Below are positions 10,016-20,153 of a DNA stretch of 58,706 nucleotides, in pieces. The first letter of the stretch is position 1. Every line of letters starts with the position of its first letter. The stretch is from a virus (Duplodnaviria; Caudoviricetes): positions 1 to 58,706 of IMG/VR virus record IMGVR_UViG_3300042889_000326; one strand, written 5' to 3'. A program made the position numbers and the translations under genes. A model generated the notes under the pieces. The model saw nothing but the letters and a program-made list of their open reading frames with translations, did not search any database and had not been told where the DNA came from.

Positions 10016-10606
10016 ATGAGTGATTTAACAAGAAATTTAATAGATGCAATAATCTCTGGTAAAGCAACTGATATTGAAACTACTTTCCAAGCTACTATGG
10101 CAGAAAAAATTGCTTCTAATATGGGTGATAAGAAAGTTGAAGTTGCACAAAGTATGTTCACTAAAGAATCAACTCAATATGAATCTGGTGATTGGCATGT
10201 TACTGATAATCTTAATGGTGGTATCCATTCTACTCATTCTACACCAAGAAAAGCAAAGAATATGGCAGAAAAATTAAATGCCAAAGATTATGATGAAAAT
10301 AAAGAGGATGAATCTAGATCTTCTGGCAACATATTTCATAATAGATACGGCACTCAAGCTGCTTCTGATTATGATAAGAAAGGAATGTGTAAAGAATCTA
10401 TTGAAGAGTTAGATGAAAGTTTAATTGATGCTAGATTAAAAGCTCAAGAAGCTAAAGCAACTGCACAAAAGCTTACTGCTCATGCATCTGCATTTCCAAG
10501 AGATGCTAAAGCTGGAGATGCATCACGAAGAGCATGGAAAGATCATGAAAAAGCTAATTCCCATCTTGCTAGTATGGAACTAGCATATAAAAATAATAAA
10601 GAATAA
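10016..10606 (+). CDS. Prohead core protein (gp67-like N-terminus, extended)
   Basis: Position after portal; helical N-terminus; Glu-rich. Confidence 0.55.
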   Translation: MSDLTRNLIDAIISGKATDIETTFQATMAEKIASNMGDKKVEVAQSMFTKESTQYESGDWHVTDNLNGGIHSTHSTPRKAKNMAEKLNAKDYDENKEDESRSSGNIFHNRYGTQAASDYDKKGMCKESIEELDESLIDARLKAQEAKATAQKLTAHASAFPRDAKAGDASRRAWKDHEKANSHLASMELAYKNNKE

Positions 10607-10607
10607 G

Positions 10608-10925
10608 GTGGTTAAATCTAATATAGAATCTTCTATTAAAGAGCATTACGGAATAGACAATGTTCCTGATGTTCTATTAGAAAAATATAATACACTTATT
10701 AACTCTAAGAGATTTAGTGTTGATCCTGTTGTAATAGATATGAGAGAAAGTTCTTCAACAGTTTACAATAAATTGGATTATGTTTTAGATGATGGATCTG
10801 TAGTATCTATAGATGAAAGTTCAAGAGAAACAATGCAAAATTTATTTTTTGATAAATATAATGTAATAGAATATATGAATGAATGCAAAGAAAATTTCTT
10901 TAAAGTCGTTCAATTAATAATATAA
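10608..10925 (+). CDS. Hypothetical protein (head module)
   Basis: ORF in the gp20-gp21 interval. Confidence 0.65.
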   Translation: MVKSNIESSIKEHYGIDNVPDVLLEKYNTLINSKRFSVDPVVIDMRESSSTVYNKLDYVLDDGSVVSIDESSRETMQNLFFDKYNVIEYMNECKENFFKVVQLII

Positions 10926-10934
10926 GGAAGTTAT

Positions 10935-11339
10935 ATGGCTGTAACTAAAACGATACTAAAGCTAACAAATACAGAAGCTATAGTAAAAGTAACTGGTCTT
11001 ACTGGAGACACTACTACAATTTCCCTTGCTACTGATTTGTTATTAACATCTGAAGCATTGGTTGGCGGAACCCAAAAAGTAAATATCGCATCTGTAGTTT
11101 GCTATGGCATTCCAGGCGGATATGTAACCTTAGCTAGAAATAGCGTAACAATACTTAACATTGCTAATGATGGTTTGCAAATGGCAGATTTTCAAGGTGA
11201 TCCGTTTGTACCAGATTCAATTAACAACACCAATGATATTGTAGTTACTGTTTCTACTTCAGCATCTCAAGCGTACATATATTTAAAGAAGGTGTCTGGT
11301 TATAGATCTACTGATTCTTTATCTACTCAAAATTCATAG
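10935..11339 (+). CDS. Hypothetical beta-rich protein (head module)
   Basis: AAGGA RBS, tightly packed ORF. Confidence 0.7.
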   Translation: MAVTKTILKLTNTEAIVKVTGLTGDTTTISLATDLLLTSEALVGGTQKVNIASVVCYGIPGGYVTLARNSVTILNIANDGLQMADFQGDPFVPDSINNTNDIVVTVSTSASQAYIYLKKVSGYRSTDSLSTQNS

Positions 11340-11348
11340 GGACTTGAT

Positions 11349-11987
11349 ATGAAGTTAATAACAGAAACAGTTATGGATATGAGGCATTTAGTTGAATCTA
11401 ATGGTGATAAAAAATCTCATTATATTCAGGGTAAATTTCTTTCAACAGCACCTAACCGTAATCGTAGAATTTATTCAGAAGCTGTTTTAGCTCCAGAAGT
11501 TGCAAGATTTCAAACTGCAATTAAAGAAAAAAGATCATTAGGTGAACTAGGACACCCAGAAAATCCTTCATTAAATTTAGATAAGGTGTCTCATCTTATC
11601 ACAGAATTAAAATTTGATGGTTCTGATGTTATAGGAAAGGCAAAAATACTAGATACTCCAATGGGAAGGATTGCCCAAAATTTTCTTGAGGAAGGTGTAG
11701 GTCTTGGTGTTTCCTCTCGTGGTATGGGTAGTGTAATACGGAAAGGTGATATCAATGAAGTCCAAAATGATTATCGTCTTTCAACAATTGATATAGTTCA
11801 TGAACCATCTGGTATTGATTGTTGGGTAAATGGAATTATGGAAAATGCGGAATGGATTTACGAAGCATCATCTGATTCTTGGCATATTGCTGAACAGATT
11901 AAACAATCTCTTAAGAATAAAAATATGAAACAAATAGCTGAAAATCAAGCTAAGTTCTTTCAAATGTTCTTGAATAATCTTAAATAA
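11349..11987 (+). CDS. gp21: Prohead protease
   Basis: NRNRRIY, LGELGHP, GVSSRGMGS. Confidence 0.96.
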   Translation: MKLITETVMDMRHLVESNGDKKSHYIQGKFLSTAPNRNRRIYSEAVLAPEVARFQTAIKEKRSLGELGHPENPSLNLDKVSHLITELKFDGSDVIGKAKILDTPMGRIAQNFLEEGVGLGVSSRGMGSVIRKGDINEVQNDYRLSTIDIVHEPSGIDCWVNGIMENAEWIYEASSDSWHIAEQIKQSLKNKNMKQIAENQAKFFQMFLNNLK

Positions 11988-12015
11988 ATATAACTACTTA
12001 CAATTAGGAGACATC

Positions 12016-12912
12016 ATGTCTATAGAAAAACAAATCGCAGATCTTCTAGAAGAATCCGCAAAACTAAAAATGCTGGAAGAAACTACTGAAGAAGAAGTAG
12101 TATTGGAAGATGAAGTTGTAGAAGAAGAAGCAGAACAAGTTGTTGAAGAATCTGTAGAAGAAACAGAACAAGTTGTTGATCACAAACTTGATATTCAAGA
12201 AGATGTTGATGCCCTTTTATATGGTGAAGATCTTACAGAAGAATTTAAAGTAAAAGCTGCTACTATTTTTGAAGCAGCAGTTATGACAAGAGTTAAGGCA
12301 GAAACACATACTCTTGCTGAAGCCTTTGATGCTCGTTTAGATGAAGAAGCTGAACTTGCTAAAGAAGAAATTATTGAAAAAGTTGATGGATACCTCAATT
12401 TTATAGTTGAGCAGTGGATGAGTGATAATGAGATTGCAATTGAAAAAGGTTTTAAAACAGATATTCTTGAAGGATTTGTTGATGGCTTGAAAACTTTGTT
12501 CCAAGAAAATTATATTGAAGTTCCAGAAGAAAGATTTGATGTTGTAGGTGATCTACAAGAGCAAGTCAATTTTCTTGAATCTAAACTTGATGAATCTCTA
12601 GAGCAAAATGTTTCTATGTCTAAACAAATTAATGAAATGACTCGTGATTCTGTCACTGATTCTTTCTGTGAAAGTATGACTGATACTGAAGTAGAAAAGT
12701 TTAAATCACTTGCTGAAGAACTTTCTTATGACAGTGAAGAAGTATACACAAATAAACTTCAAGTTATTAAAGAAAACTATTTCAATAGAAAACCGTCTGG
12801 TAATGTTGATTCTGTAGTAACAGATTCCCCTGTCCAGTTAAATGAACAAACATATACGAATATTGATAGCAATGTTGCTAAATATTTAGAAACTTTTAAT
12901 AGAATTAAATAA
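12016..12912 (+). CDS. gp22: Prohead scaffolding protein
   Basis: Acidic; KAATIFEAAV, VDGYLNFIVEQWM. Confidence 0.93.
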   Translation: MSIEKQIADLLEESAKLKMLEETTEEEVVLEDEVVEEEAEQVVEESVEETEQVVDHKLDIQEDVDALLYGEDLTEEFKVKAATIFEAAVMTRVKAETHTLAEAFDARLDEEAELAKEEIIEKVDGYLNFIVEQWMSDNEIAIEKGFKTDILEGFVDGLKTLFQENYIEVPEERFDVVGDLQEQVNFLESKLDESLEQNVSMSKQINEMTRDSVTDSFCESMTDTEVEKFKSLAEELSYDSEEVYTNKLQVIKENYFNRKPSGNVDSVVTDSPVQLNEQTYTNIDSNVAKYLETFNRIK

Positions 12913-12922
12913 GGAAATAAAA

Positions 12923-14305
12923 ATGGCTACTCGTCCCGAACTTTTAGAAAAATGGGCTCCAATCCTAGAGCATTCTGCTCTTCCAAAAATCTCTGACCAA
13001 TATCGCAAAGAAGTTACTGCAGTATTGTTAGAAAATCAAGAAGCTGCAATGCGTGAATCTGCATCTGCTGGTAATCTGTTTGAAGCAGATTCTATCGCTA
13101 ACGTTGGCGGTGCTGGTCTTGCTTTAGGTGGTGCTGGTACAAATGCAAATATGGCTGGTTATGATCCAGTTCTTATCTCTTTAGTAAGACGTTCTGTTCC
13201 ACAAAATATCGCTTTTGATATTTGTGGTGTACAACCAATGACACAGCCTACTGGTTTGATCTTCGCTATGAAGAGCCGTTATGCTGCTCAAAATGGTACA
13301 GAAGCTCTTTTCTACGAAGCAGATACTGCGTATTCTGGTCGTTTGTCTACTGATGCTACTGGCACAAATGCATTGTTTGATGGTTCTACTGATGGTACTG
13401 GTACTACTGGTATTGCACAAAGTGTACTTCAGAATGCTTTAAGTGGTACTGCAGAATCTGGTAACACTGGTACAGGTATGTCTACTGCAACTGGCGAAAC
13501 TAATGACGCTTGGACTGAAATGGCTTTCTCAATTGAAAAGACTTCAGTTATTGCTAAAACTCGTATGTTGAAAGCAGAATACTCTGAAGAACTTGCACAA
13601 GATCTTAAAGCTGTTCATGGCTTAGATGCTGCTGCTGAATTAAGCAATATCTTATCACAAGAAATCACTGCTGAAATCAACCGTGAAATTATTCGTAAAG
13701 TTTACATCTCTGCTGTTAAAGGTGCTAAAGTTGGTACTGCTGTTGAAGGTGTTTTTGACCTTGACGTTGATTCTAATGGTCGTTGGTCAGTTGAAAAATT
13801 CAAAGGTCTTATGTTCCAAATTGAACGTGAAGCTAATGCAATTGGTCAACAAACTCGTAGGGGTCGTGGTAACTTCATCATCACTTCTGCTGACGTAGCT
13901 TCTGCTTTAGCAATGGCTGGCGTTCTTGATTATTCTTCTGGTATATCAGGTCAGAATAATTTGAATGTAGATGATACTTCTACTACTTTTGCTGGTGTCT
14001 TGAATGGCAAATATAAAGTATATGTTGATCCATATGCACAAAATGTTAATGCAACTCAATTCTTTATAGTTGGTTATAAAGGTGCTTCTGCATTTGATGC
14101 TGGTATTTTCTACTGCCCATACCAACCATTACAAATGGTTCGTGCAACTGATCCTAGTTCTTTCCAACCAAAAATTGGTTTCAGAAGTCGTTACGGTATT
14201 GTTGCGAATCCATTTGCTTCCAATACCAATAATGTTGCAACTGATGGTTTGTTCATCAACAGTAACGTATATTACAGAAAAGTTTTAGTATCTAACTTGA
14301 TGTAA
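12923..14305 (+). CDS. gp23: Major capsid protein
   Basis: GVQPMTQPTGLIFAM, ELAQDLKAVHGLDA, GRWSVEKFKGL. Confidence 0.98.
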   Translation: MATRPELLEKWAPILEHSALPKISDQYRKEVTAVLLENQEAAMRESASAGNLFEADSIANVGGAGLALGGAGTNANMAGYDPVLISLVRRSVPQNIAFDICGVQPMTQPTGLIFAMKSRYAAQNGTEALFYEADTAYSGRLSTDATGTNALFDGSTDGTGTTGIAQSVLQNALSGTAESGNTGTGMSTATGETNDAWTEMAFSIEKTSVIAKTRMLKAEYSEELAQDLKAVHGLDAAAELSNILSQEITAEINREIIRKVYISAVKGAKVGTAVEGVFDLDVDSNGRWSVEKFKGLMFQIEREANAIGQQTRRGRGNFIITSADVASALAMAGVLDYSSGISGQNNLNVDDTSTTFAGVLNGKYKVYVDPYAQNVNATQFFIVGYKGASAFDAGIFYCPYQPLQMVRATDPSSFQPKIGFRSRYGIVANPFASNTNNVATDGLFINSNVYYRKVLVSNLM

Positions 14306-14331
14306 AAGTTAGTCTTAGAACTAATGATATT

Positions 14332-14357
14332 AAAGGAGCTTTCGGGCTCCTTTTTTT
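14332..14357 (+). terminator. Rho-independent terminator after gp23
   Basis: GGAGCT-TTCG-GGCTCC followed by T7. Confidence 0.9.
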
Positions 14358-14548
14358 ATGGGGAAATATTAATAATGATAAATAGATATGTAACAAAAGG
14401 TGTTAGTCACGGATTGCACTCCTACTAACTCTAATCATTCAACTATTAATCACATGAATCAATATGACCAGCAAATCTATATATCAAAAAATGTACCTTT
14501 CCTGTCGTTCGTGGTGTATAATATATTCTTATTAGAAGGAATTATATA

Positions 14549-16291
14549 ATGACACTTAAAGAAAGACTAATCCTCTATAGAGAACTTAATCCAACACAAT
14601 GGGCTAAGATAATCTCAGACGAACAACTCAAACAAGATCTATTAGATTTTTCAGAATTCTCAGATATGCCACTTAACCAAAAAGCAGCAGCAATTATACT
14701 TGGGCATATACCTATATGTGAATGTGGCAATGAACTATCATTTCAAGGAAAAAGAAAAGAAACTATCAATGGAACTGTATATGGAGGATGGTTAGAATTT
14801 TGTTCTTCTAATTGCGTAAGAAATTCTCCCAAACTATTGGAAAAGAAACGTGCTAATTCTATAGAGAAATATGGAACTCCACATTGGACACAATCTAATC
14901 ATAAGCGAGAAGAAAGAGAAGAACTTTGGTCAGAAGATAAGAAAGCTTTATTTAATGCTAAAGCACTAATAACATATCAAGAAAAATATGGTGTAGGTCA
15001 TTTCAGCAAAACTCAAGAATATTTGGACAAAAGAACTTCAACTACATTAGAACAAACTAATGGTTTATATACAAACTACTTTCAAGATACTGATAAAATT
15101 AGAACAGTCAACAATGAAAAATATGGTGCAGATTATTATACACAAACTATTGAAGGTAGAAAAAGATTATCAGAAAATAATGGAATGAAAGAACCAACGA
15201 TTGCGTTAAAGTCTAAATTAAATAGAATATTAAAATCTAAAAAATATGGTGCATCATTATTTGATATTCTAATGAATAAAGATAGTGCACATTTTAAAGA
15301 ATTTATAGATAATATTGCTACTCTAAATAAGTATGTACATAGAATGCAGATAGCTAATCATTTAGATATTAGCTACTCTTGGTTGAATAATCTCTTCAGA
15401 CAACATGATATGAATAATGATTATTTAACATTAGGAACTTCTACATCCTTTAAGGAGTATGAATTGTTGCAATACGTAGAATCTTTAGGAGTTGTTGTAA
15501 AACATAGTGATAGAACTATACTAAATGGAAGAGAGATTGATATATTAATAGAAGATAAGAAGCTCGGTATAGAATTTGATGGATTAAGATACCATTCTGT
15601 TGTATCGGGTGGAAAAGACAAATATTATCACTTAGATAAAACAGAACTTGCTGAAATTAAAGGATACCAACTACTACACATATTTGAAAATGAATGGGAT
15701 GATACAGTAAAAAGATCTATATGGAAATCAATCATAAAATCTAAACTAGGGTTATCTGATAGAAGAATATTTGCTAGGAAATGTATACTAAAATCTATAT
15801 CATCAAAAGACAGTAGAGAATTCTTTGATAAGAATCATCTGTCTGGATTTATAGGGGCATCTATACATCTTGGGTTATTTTATAATGATGAATTAGTATC
15901 TGCTATATCTTATGGAAAGTCTCGTTTTGCTAAGAATGAGAATGAAATATATAGGTTTGCTTCTCAATTAGATTGCCAAGTTATCGGTGCACTGGGAAAA
16001 TTGTTATCTAAGTTGCCTAAAGAAAATTTAGTCTCTTATGCAGACCGAAGAATTTCTGGATTAGAATCTGCTTATGGGAAATTCTTTTCTAATAGAAAAA
16101 GTCTTCCTCCAACTTGGTGGGGAACTAAAGTTAAATTAGGAGAGCTCAGACATAGATTGAACTATACGAAATCTAAAGTTAAAGAAATGCTTGGAGATTT
16201 GTATGATGATTCCAAAACAGTCCAATATAATATGTTTAATAATAAGATTGATATAATTTATGATTGTGGCAACTGGAAATTCTACAACTAA
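14549..16291 (+). CDS. Free-standing Hef-like homing endonuclease
   Basis: (E)KYG repeats, EIDI..GIEFDGLRYH, LLHIFENEW, IFARKC, SYADRR, YDCGN. Confidence 0.8.
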   Translation: MTLKERLILYRELNPTQWAKIISDEQLKQDLLDFSEFSDMPLNQKAAAIILGHIPICECGNELSFQGKRKETINGTVYGGWLEFCSSNCVRNSPKLLEKKRANSIEKYGTPHWTQSNHKREEREELWSEDKKALFNAKALITYQEKYGVGHFSKTQEYLDKRTSTTLEQTNGLYTNYFQDTDKIRTVNNEKYGADYYTQTIEGRKRLSENNGMKEPTIALKSKLNRILKSKKYGASLFDILMNKDSAHFKEFIDNIATLNKYVHRMQIANHLDISYSWLNNLFRQHDMNNDYLTLGTSTSFKEYELLQYVESLGVVVKHSDRTILNGREIDILIEDKKLGIEFDGLRYHSVVSGGKDKYYHLDKTELAEIKGYQLLHIFENEWDDTVKRSIWKSIIKSKLGLSDRRIFARKCILKSISSKDSREFFDKNHLSGFIGASIHLGLFYNDELVSAISYGKSRFAKNENEIYRFASQLDCQVIGALGKLLSKLPKENLVSYADRRISGLESAYGKFFSNRKSLPPTWWGTKVKLGELRHRLNYTKSKVKEMLGDLYDDSKTVQYNMFNNKIDIIYDCGNWKFYN

Positions 16292-16336
16292 ATCATAAAC
16301 CAATATAAATAGTATTATCTTCCTTGAGGTCATACT

Positions 16337-16864
16337 ATGATTACAACATGCCCATTTCCTGTTAATCTAAATCCATTATCTCCAAATGGGTTTGAATTTT
16401 CAATTAAAAAACTTCCAGAACTTACATATTTTTCTCAAGAAGTAACATTACCTAGCATAAATTTACCAAATGCTGTAATGAATACTAGATTCTCTCAAAT
16501 TAAAGTTGCAGGAACACTAATAGATTATGGTCAATTAGTAGTAGATTTTCTAGTGGACGAAAAGATGGAAAACTATCTTGCAATTCATGACTGGATTATA
16601 GCAATGGGGTTCCCTCATGATTTTGAGCAATATATAAGTTGGCAGAACAGAGAAAATACACCATTCTTAAGTGAACTTGCTAAAAACTTTTCAGATGGAA
16701 CTCTCACAATTTTAGGCTCTAATAATACACCAATAAGAAATATAACATTTGTTGATCTTATTCCAGTGTCTTTAGGAGAAATGCAATTTAAAACAACCTC
16801 TGAAGAAGTTCAGTATCTAACATGTTCAGCATCATTTGAGTACACTTATTTTAAATTTGACTAA
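16337..16864 (+). CDS. gp3: Tail completion protein gp3-like
   Basis: NPLSPNGF, FLVDEKMENY; late promoter at 16304; upstream of uvsY. Confidence 0.85.
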   Translation: MITTCPFPVNLNPLSPNGFEFSIKKLPELTYFSQEVTLPSINLPNAVMNTRFSQIKVAGTLIDYGQLVVDFLVDEKMENYLAIHDWIIAMGFPHDFEQYISWQNRENTPFLSELAKNFSDGTLTILGSNNTPIRNITFVDLIPVSLGEMQFKTTSEEVQYLTCSASFEYTYFKFD

Positions 16865-16873
16865 GGTTATATT

Positions 16874-17314
16874 ATGGCTAAGATAAATGAAATACAAGAT
16901 CTATGGGAACAAGACTGCATTATTGATAATAACCACTTAGATGATGAATCAATAAAAACTGCAAAACTTCATGCAAAGTACATCAATATGTTGATGGAAA
17001 CTAAATTAGGTATATCTAAAAGAAAAATAGAAATTAGCACCCTGAAGAGAAATAAGTATAGATATTACAAAGGGGAAATGACTAGACAAGAACTATTAGA
17101 TCAAGGTTGGGATCAATGGTTATATGCTAAACCTCTAAAATATGAATTGGAACAGTTATTAGAAGGAGATTCTGATTTAGTGACAATGAACTTAAGATTA
17201 GAATATCTTGAAGCAACATTATATCTTTTAGAATCAATACTTAAATCTATTGCTGATAGAACATGGTCAATACGCAATAGCATTTCATATAAATCTTTCT
17301 TAGCTGGTGTTTAA
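16874..17314 (+). CDS. uvsY: Recombination mediator UvsY
   Basis: LHAKY, YYKG, RTWSIRNSI; synteny. Confidence 0.9.
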   Translation: MAKINEIQDLWEQDCIIDNNHLDDESIKTAKLHAKYINMLMETKLGISKRKIEISTLKRNKYRYYKGEMTRQELLDQGWDQWLYAKPLKYELEQLLEGDSDLVTMNLRLEYLEATLYLLESILKSIADRTWSIRNSISYKSFLAGV

Positions 17315-18798
17315 TGCCGATAATTAAAGTAGAAAAATTTGATGAAGCATATATCAGATTATTTTCAGATATGGGTACAGAGCAAGAATTATCAGAATTT
17401 TTCACCTTTGAAGTACCTGGTGCTAAATACATGCCATTATTTAAAGCAAAGCTTTGGGATGGTAAAATTAGACTATATAATCTCCAAACAAAAAAACTAT
17501 ATTCTGGTCTTATAGAGTATGTAAAAGAGTTTGCTTCTCTGAATGATTGTGAATTAGAAATTGCTGATAATATCTCTTATGATATGAATATTTCTATTGA
17601 TCAAGTTTTAGAATTTGCTAAGTCAATTAATCCTTGCTCAAAAGGAGTGCCTATTGAGATTAGAGATTATCAAATAGAAGCAGTTCATAGAGCATTGAAT
17701 ACCTGTAAAACTATTTTGTTAAGTCCAACAGCATCTGGAAAAAGTCTTATAATCTATACTATGTTAAGATGGTTTCTAAACATGGATTTAAAATGTATAA
17801 TTATTGTTCCAACAACTAGTTTAGTGGAACAGCTGTATTCTGATTTTGAAGACTATTCAACAGGTAATGGGTGGGTAACATCAGAAAATTGTCAGAAGTT
17901 ATATTCAGGATTAACCAAAGATTTCAAGTCTAATATCTTAATTACTACTTGGCAAAGCACATATAAGTTACCTAAAGATTGGTGCAATCAATTTGATGTT
18001 GTAATAGCTGATGAAGCACATTTAGCTAAAGCTGCAAGTATGACAGGCATGTTTGAAAAGATGACAAGTGTCAAATATAGGATTGGAACAACTGGAACAA
18101 TAGATAATGAAAAAATAAATCAGTTACAACTTGAAGGAATAATGGGACCAATCCATAGAGTTATAACTACTAAACAACTTATGGATTCTAATAGAGTTGT
18201 AAATTTAGATATCAAATGTGTTCTCCTGAACTATGATGCTCAAACTAGATTAGCATTAAATAAATGTTCTTATCAAGATGAAATTAATTTTATTGTTGGA
18301 CATGATAAACGTAATAGGTTTATAGCAAATCTTGCTTTAAAACAAGATGGTAATACTCTAGTGTTGTTTCAATATGTTGCTAAACATGGAAAGATACTAC
18401 ATAAGATGATTCAAGATAGAGCTGAAGATGGAAGAAAAATATTTTTTGTATCTGGAGAAGTTAAAACTGAAATTAGAGAACAGATAAGAAAAGCAACAGA
18501 TAATGAAACTAATGCAATTATAGTAGCTTCTTTTGCTGTATTCTCTACAGGTATTAATATTCCATCTGTTGAAAATATAATATTCTCTAGCCCAACTAAA
18601 TCTAAAATTAGAAATTTACAATCTATTGGAAGAGGTTTAAGACTTAGAGAAGGTAAATCTAGTTGTGTTCTATATGATATTGCAGATAATATTTCACATA
18701 AATCTTACAAAAATCATACATTGAAACATTTAGCAGAAAGAATCAAAACATATTCAGAAGAACAATTTGATTACAATATATATAACATAGATCTATAG
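17314..18798 (+). CDS. uvsW: SF2 helicase UvsW
   Basis: SPTASGKS, DEAH, LQSIGRGLR. Confidence 0.96.
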   Translation: MPIIKVEKFDEAYIRLFSDMGTEQELSEFFTFEVPGAKYMPLFKAKLWDGKIRLYNLQTKKLYSGLIEYVKEFASLNDCELEIADNISYDMNISIDQVLEFAKSINPCSKGVPIEIRDYQIEAVHRALNTCKTILLSPTASGKSLIIYTMLRWFLNMDLKCIIIVPTTSLVEQLYSDFEDYSTGNGWVTSENCQKLYSGLTKDFKSNILITTWQSTYKLPKDWCNQFDVVIADEAHLAKAASMTGMFEKMTSVKYRIGTTGTIDNEKINQLQLEGIMGPIHRVITTKQLMDSNRVVNLDIKCVLLNYDAQTRLALNKCSYQDEINFIVGHDKRNRFIANLALKQDGNTLVLFQYVAKHGKILHKMIQDRAEDGRKIFFVSGEVKTEIREQIRKATDNETNAIIVASFAVFSTGINIPSVENIIFSSPTKSKIRNLQSIGRGLRLREGKSSCVLYDIADNISHKSYKNHTLKHLAERIKTYSEEQFDYNIYNIDL

Positions 18799-18801
18799 AT
18801 A

Positions 18802-18967
18802 TTTGAACGGAGCGAAGCGTAGTGAACATCCGTAGGATGCAAGAATCTCTGTTCAAAATGTTACATAAATCTATAAATATTTAACAATATATAGAATATT
18901 CAAATATTCAACAACTTGTACAAGCTTCTGTCCCCTTCGGGGTTCACTACGCTTTGCTCCGTTCAAA
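18802..18967. repeat. 26-bp inverted repeat flanking an AT-rich core (candidate replication origin)
   Basis: 18802-18827 vs 18942-18967, one mismatch. Confidence 0.8.
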
Positions 18968-19009
18968 GATTTGTTGTTTTGTGTTCAAGCTGCTTTTAAA
19001 TATATTGAA

Positions 19010-19088
19010 CAAGCTATCTCATGACGGGACTACAGATATAGAATAACATGGAAATGCAAGCTTGTCAAACTTTTACATGAAAATAAAT
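19010..19088 (-). promoter_or_regulatory. Antisense sigma70-type promoter element, copy 2
   Basis: Minus strand TTGACA (19068-19063), 17 nt, TATTCT (19045-19040). Confidence 0.75.
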
Positions 19089-19124
19089 GTACTAACACAA
19101 CAAAAAACTAATAGCAAGTAAAGT

Positions 19125-19153
19125 TTTACAAATATAGAGAATTGTGCTATAAT
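19125..19153 (+). promoter_or_regulatory. Sigma70-type promoter for gp55
   Basis: TTTACA-17-TATAAT with TG extension. Confidence 0.8.
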
Positions 19154-19177
19154 ATGTCATTAACTTGGAGATAAATT

Positions 19178-19717
19178 ATGAGTAGATACATTAATAATAA
19201 AGATTTTTTTAATGCATTAGTTGAAAGAAAAGAGCTACTAATAACAGCAGATAAAGAAGGTAATGATGTTCCTCAAATCTCTAATTATCTTGGAGAATGT
19301 ATTCTCAAAATAGCAAACAATCTTGCTAACAAAGGAAATTTCTGTGGATATTCTTTTAAAGATGAAATGATATCTGATGGTATAGAAAATTGTATGAAGT
19401 ATTTTGACAAGTTTGATGTTACAAAATCTTCTAATCCATTTTCTTATTATACTCAGATTATCTACTTTGCATATCTACGTAGAATTGCTAAAGAAAAACA
19501 ACAACACATTCTGAAACATAAAATTATCCAATCTATAGATAATATAGTATTTGATCTTCAAGGTCATGATGATGATATGGAATTTATCAATTCTTATAGA
19601 GAATTCCTGAAAGAGATTTCTAATACAGAGATACCTATAAAAATACGTAAAGAAAGAACACTTAAACATGAACCAGTTGCTGTTCATTCTCTAGAAGAAT
19701 TCTTTGGTGATGAATGA
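19178..19717 (+). CDS. gp55: Late-transcription sigma factor
   Basis: YINNKDF, EMISDGIENC, NPFSYYTQI, RRIAKEK. Confidence 0.95.
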   Translation: MSRYINNKDFFNALVERKELLITADKEGNDVPQISNYLGECILKIANNLANKGNFCGYSFKDEMISDGIENCMKYFDKFDVTKSSNPFSYYTQIIYFAYLRRIAKEKQQHILKHKIIQSIDNIVFDLQGHDDDMEFINSYREFLKEISNTEIPIKIRKERTLKHEPVAVHSLEEFFGDE

Positions 19718-19741
19718 AAATATGTCTTCAATAGAACTGCT

Positions 19742-20005
19742 TTAGATCTGGATAATATTTTGATAAATTTCCTTTATCAAATGTAATGCGTGATCGACTA
19801 TGGATGTATCATAGTATAAATCAGAAAACCATATCGTCTCAACAAATTGCCTACCGTGTTTGTTAATATGAGCATTCCAATAAACACCGGAACCAAGATA
19901 TTTTATATGGTTGGGTGATGTAGTTTTGCCAAAGTATTTTTTCTTAGTAATAGAATGTTGTTTGATGTAAAGACGAGTTGGTATGATGGGTGTATAAATA
20001 TTCAT
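19742..20005 (-). pseudogene. Truncated GIY-YIG (Seg-like) homing endonuclease remnant
   Basis: LYIKQH..KYFGKT..YLGSG.YW aligns with ORF 25173 and breaks off after HALH; minus-strand late promoter near 20065-20072. Confidence 0.75.
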
Positions 20006-20090
20006 GCTGATACTCCTTAATAGTTTTAGAATAGGTAGATATGTCCAGTATCGTGACCTATAATTATTTATACAAATTGAAAACTCACTA

Positions 20091-20119
20091 TTTACTTTTA
20101 GGAAAATCTATAGTATAAT
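20091..20119 (+). promoter_or_regulatory. Sigma70-type promoter for gp47-gp46
   Basis: TTTACT-17-TATAAT. Confidence 0.75.
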
Positions 20120-20153
20120 AAGCAGAGTAATATAAATCATAAAGGAGAATCTT

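Noticed and set aside
19735-20153. Group I intron interrupting gp47, and likewise gp46 or nrdA
   Set aside because: No recognisable P7 core or terminal G at the needed junction. A duplicated start and intein motifs explain these loci.
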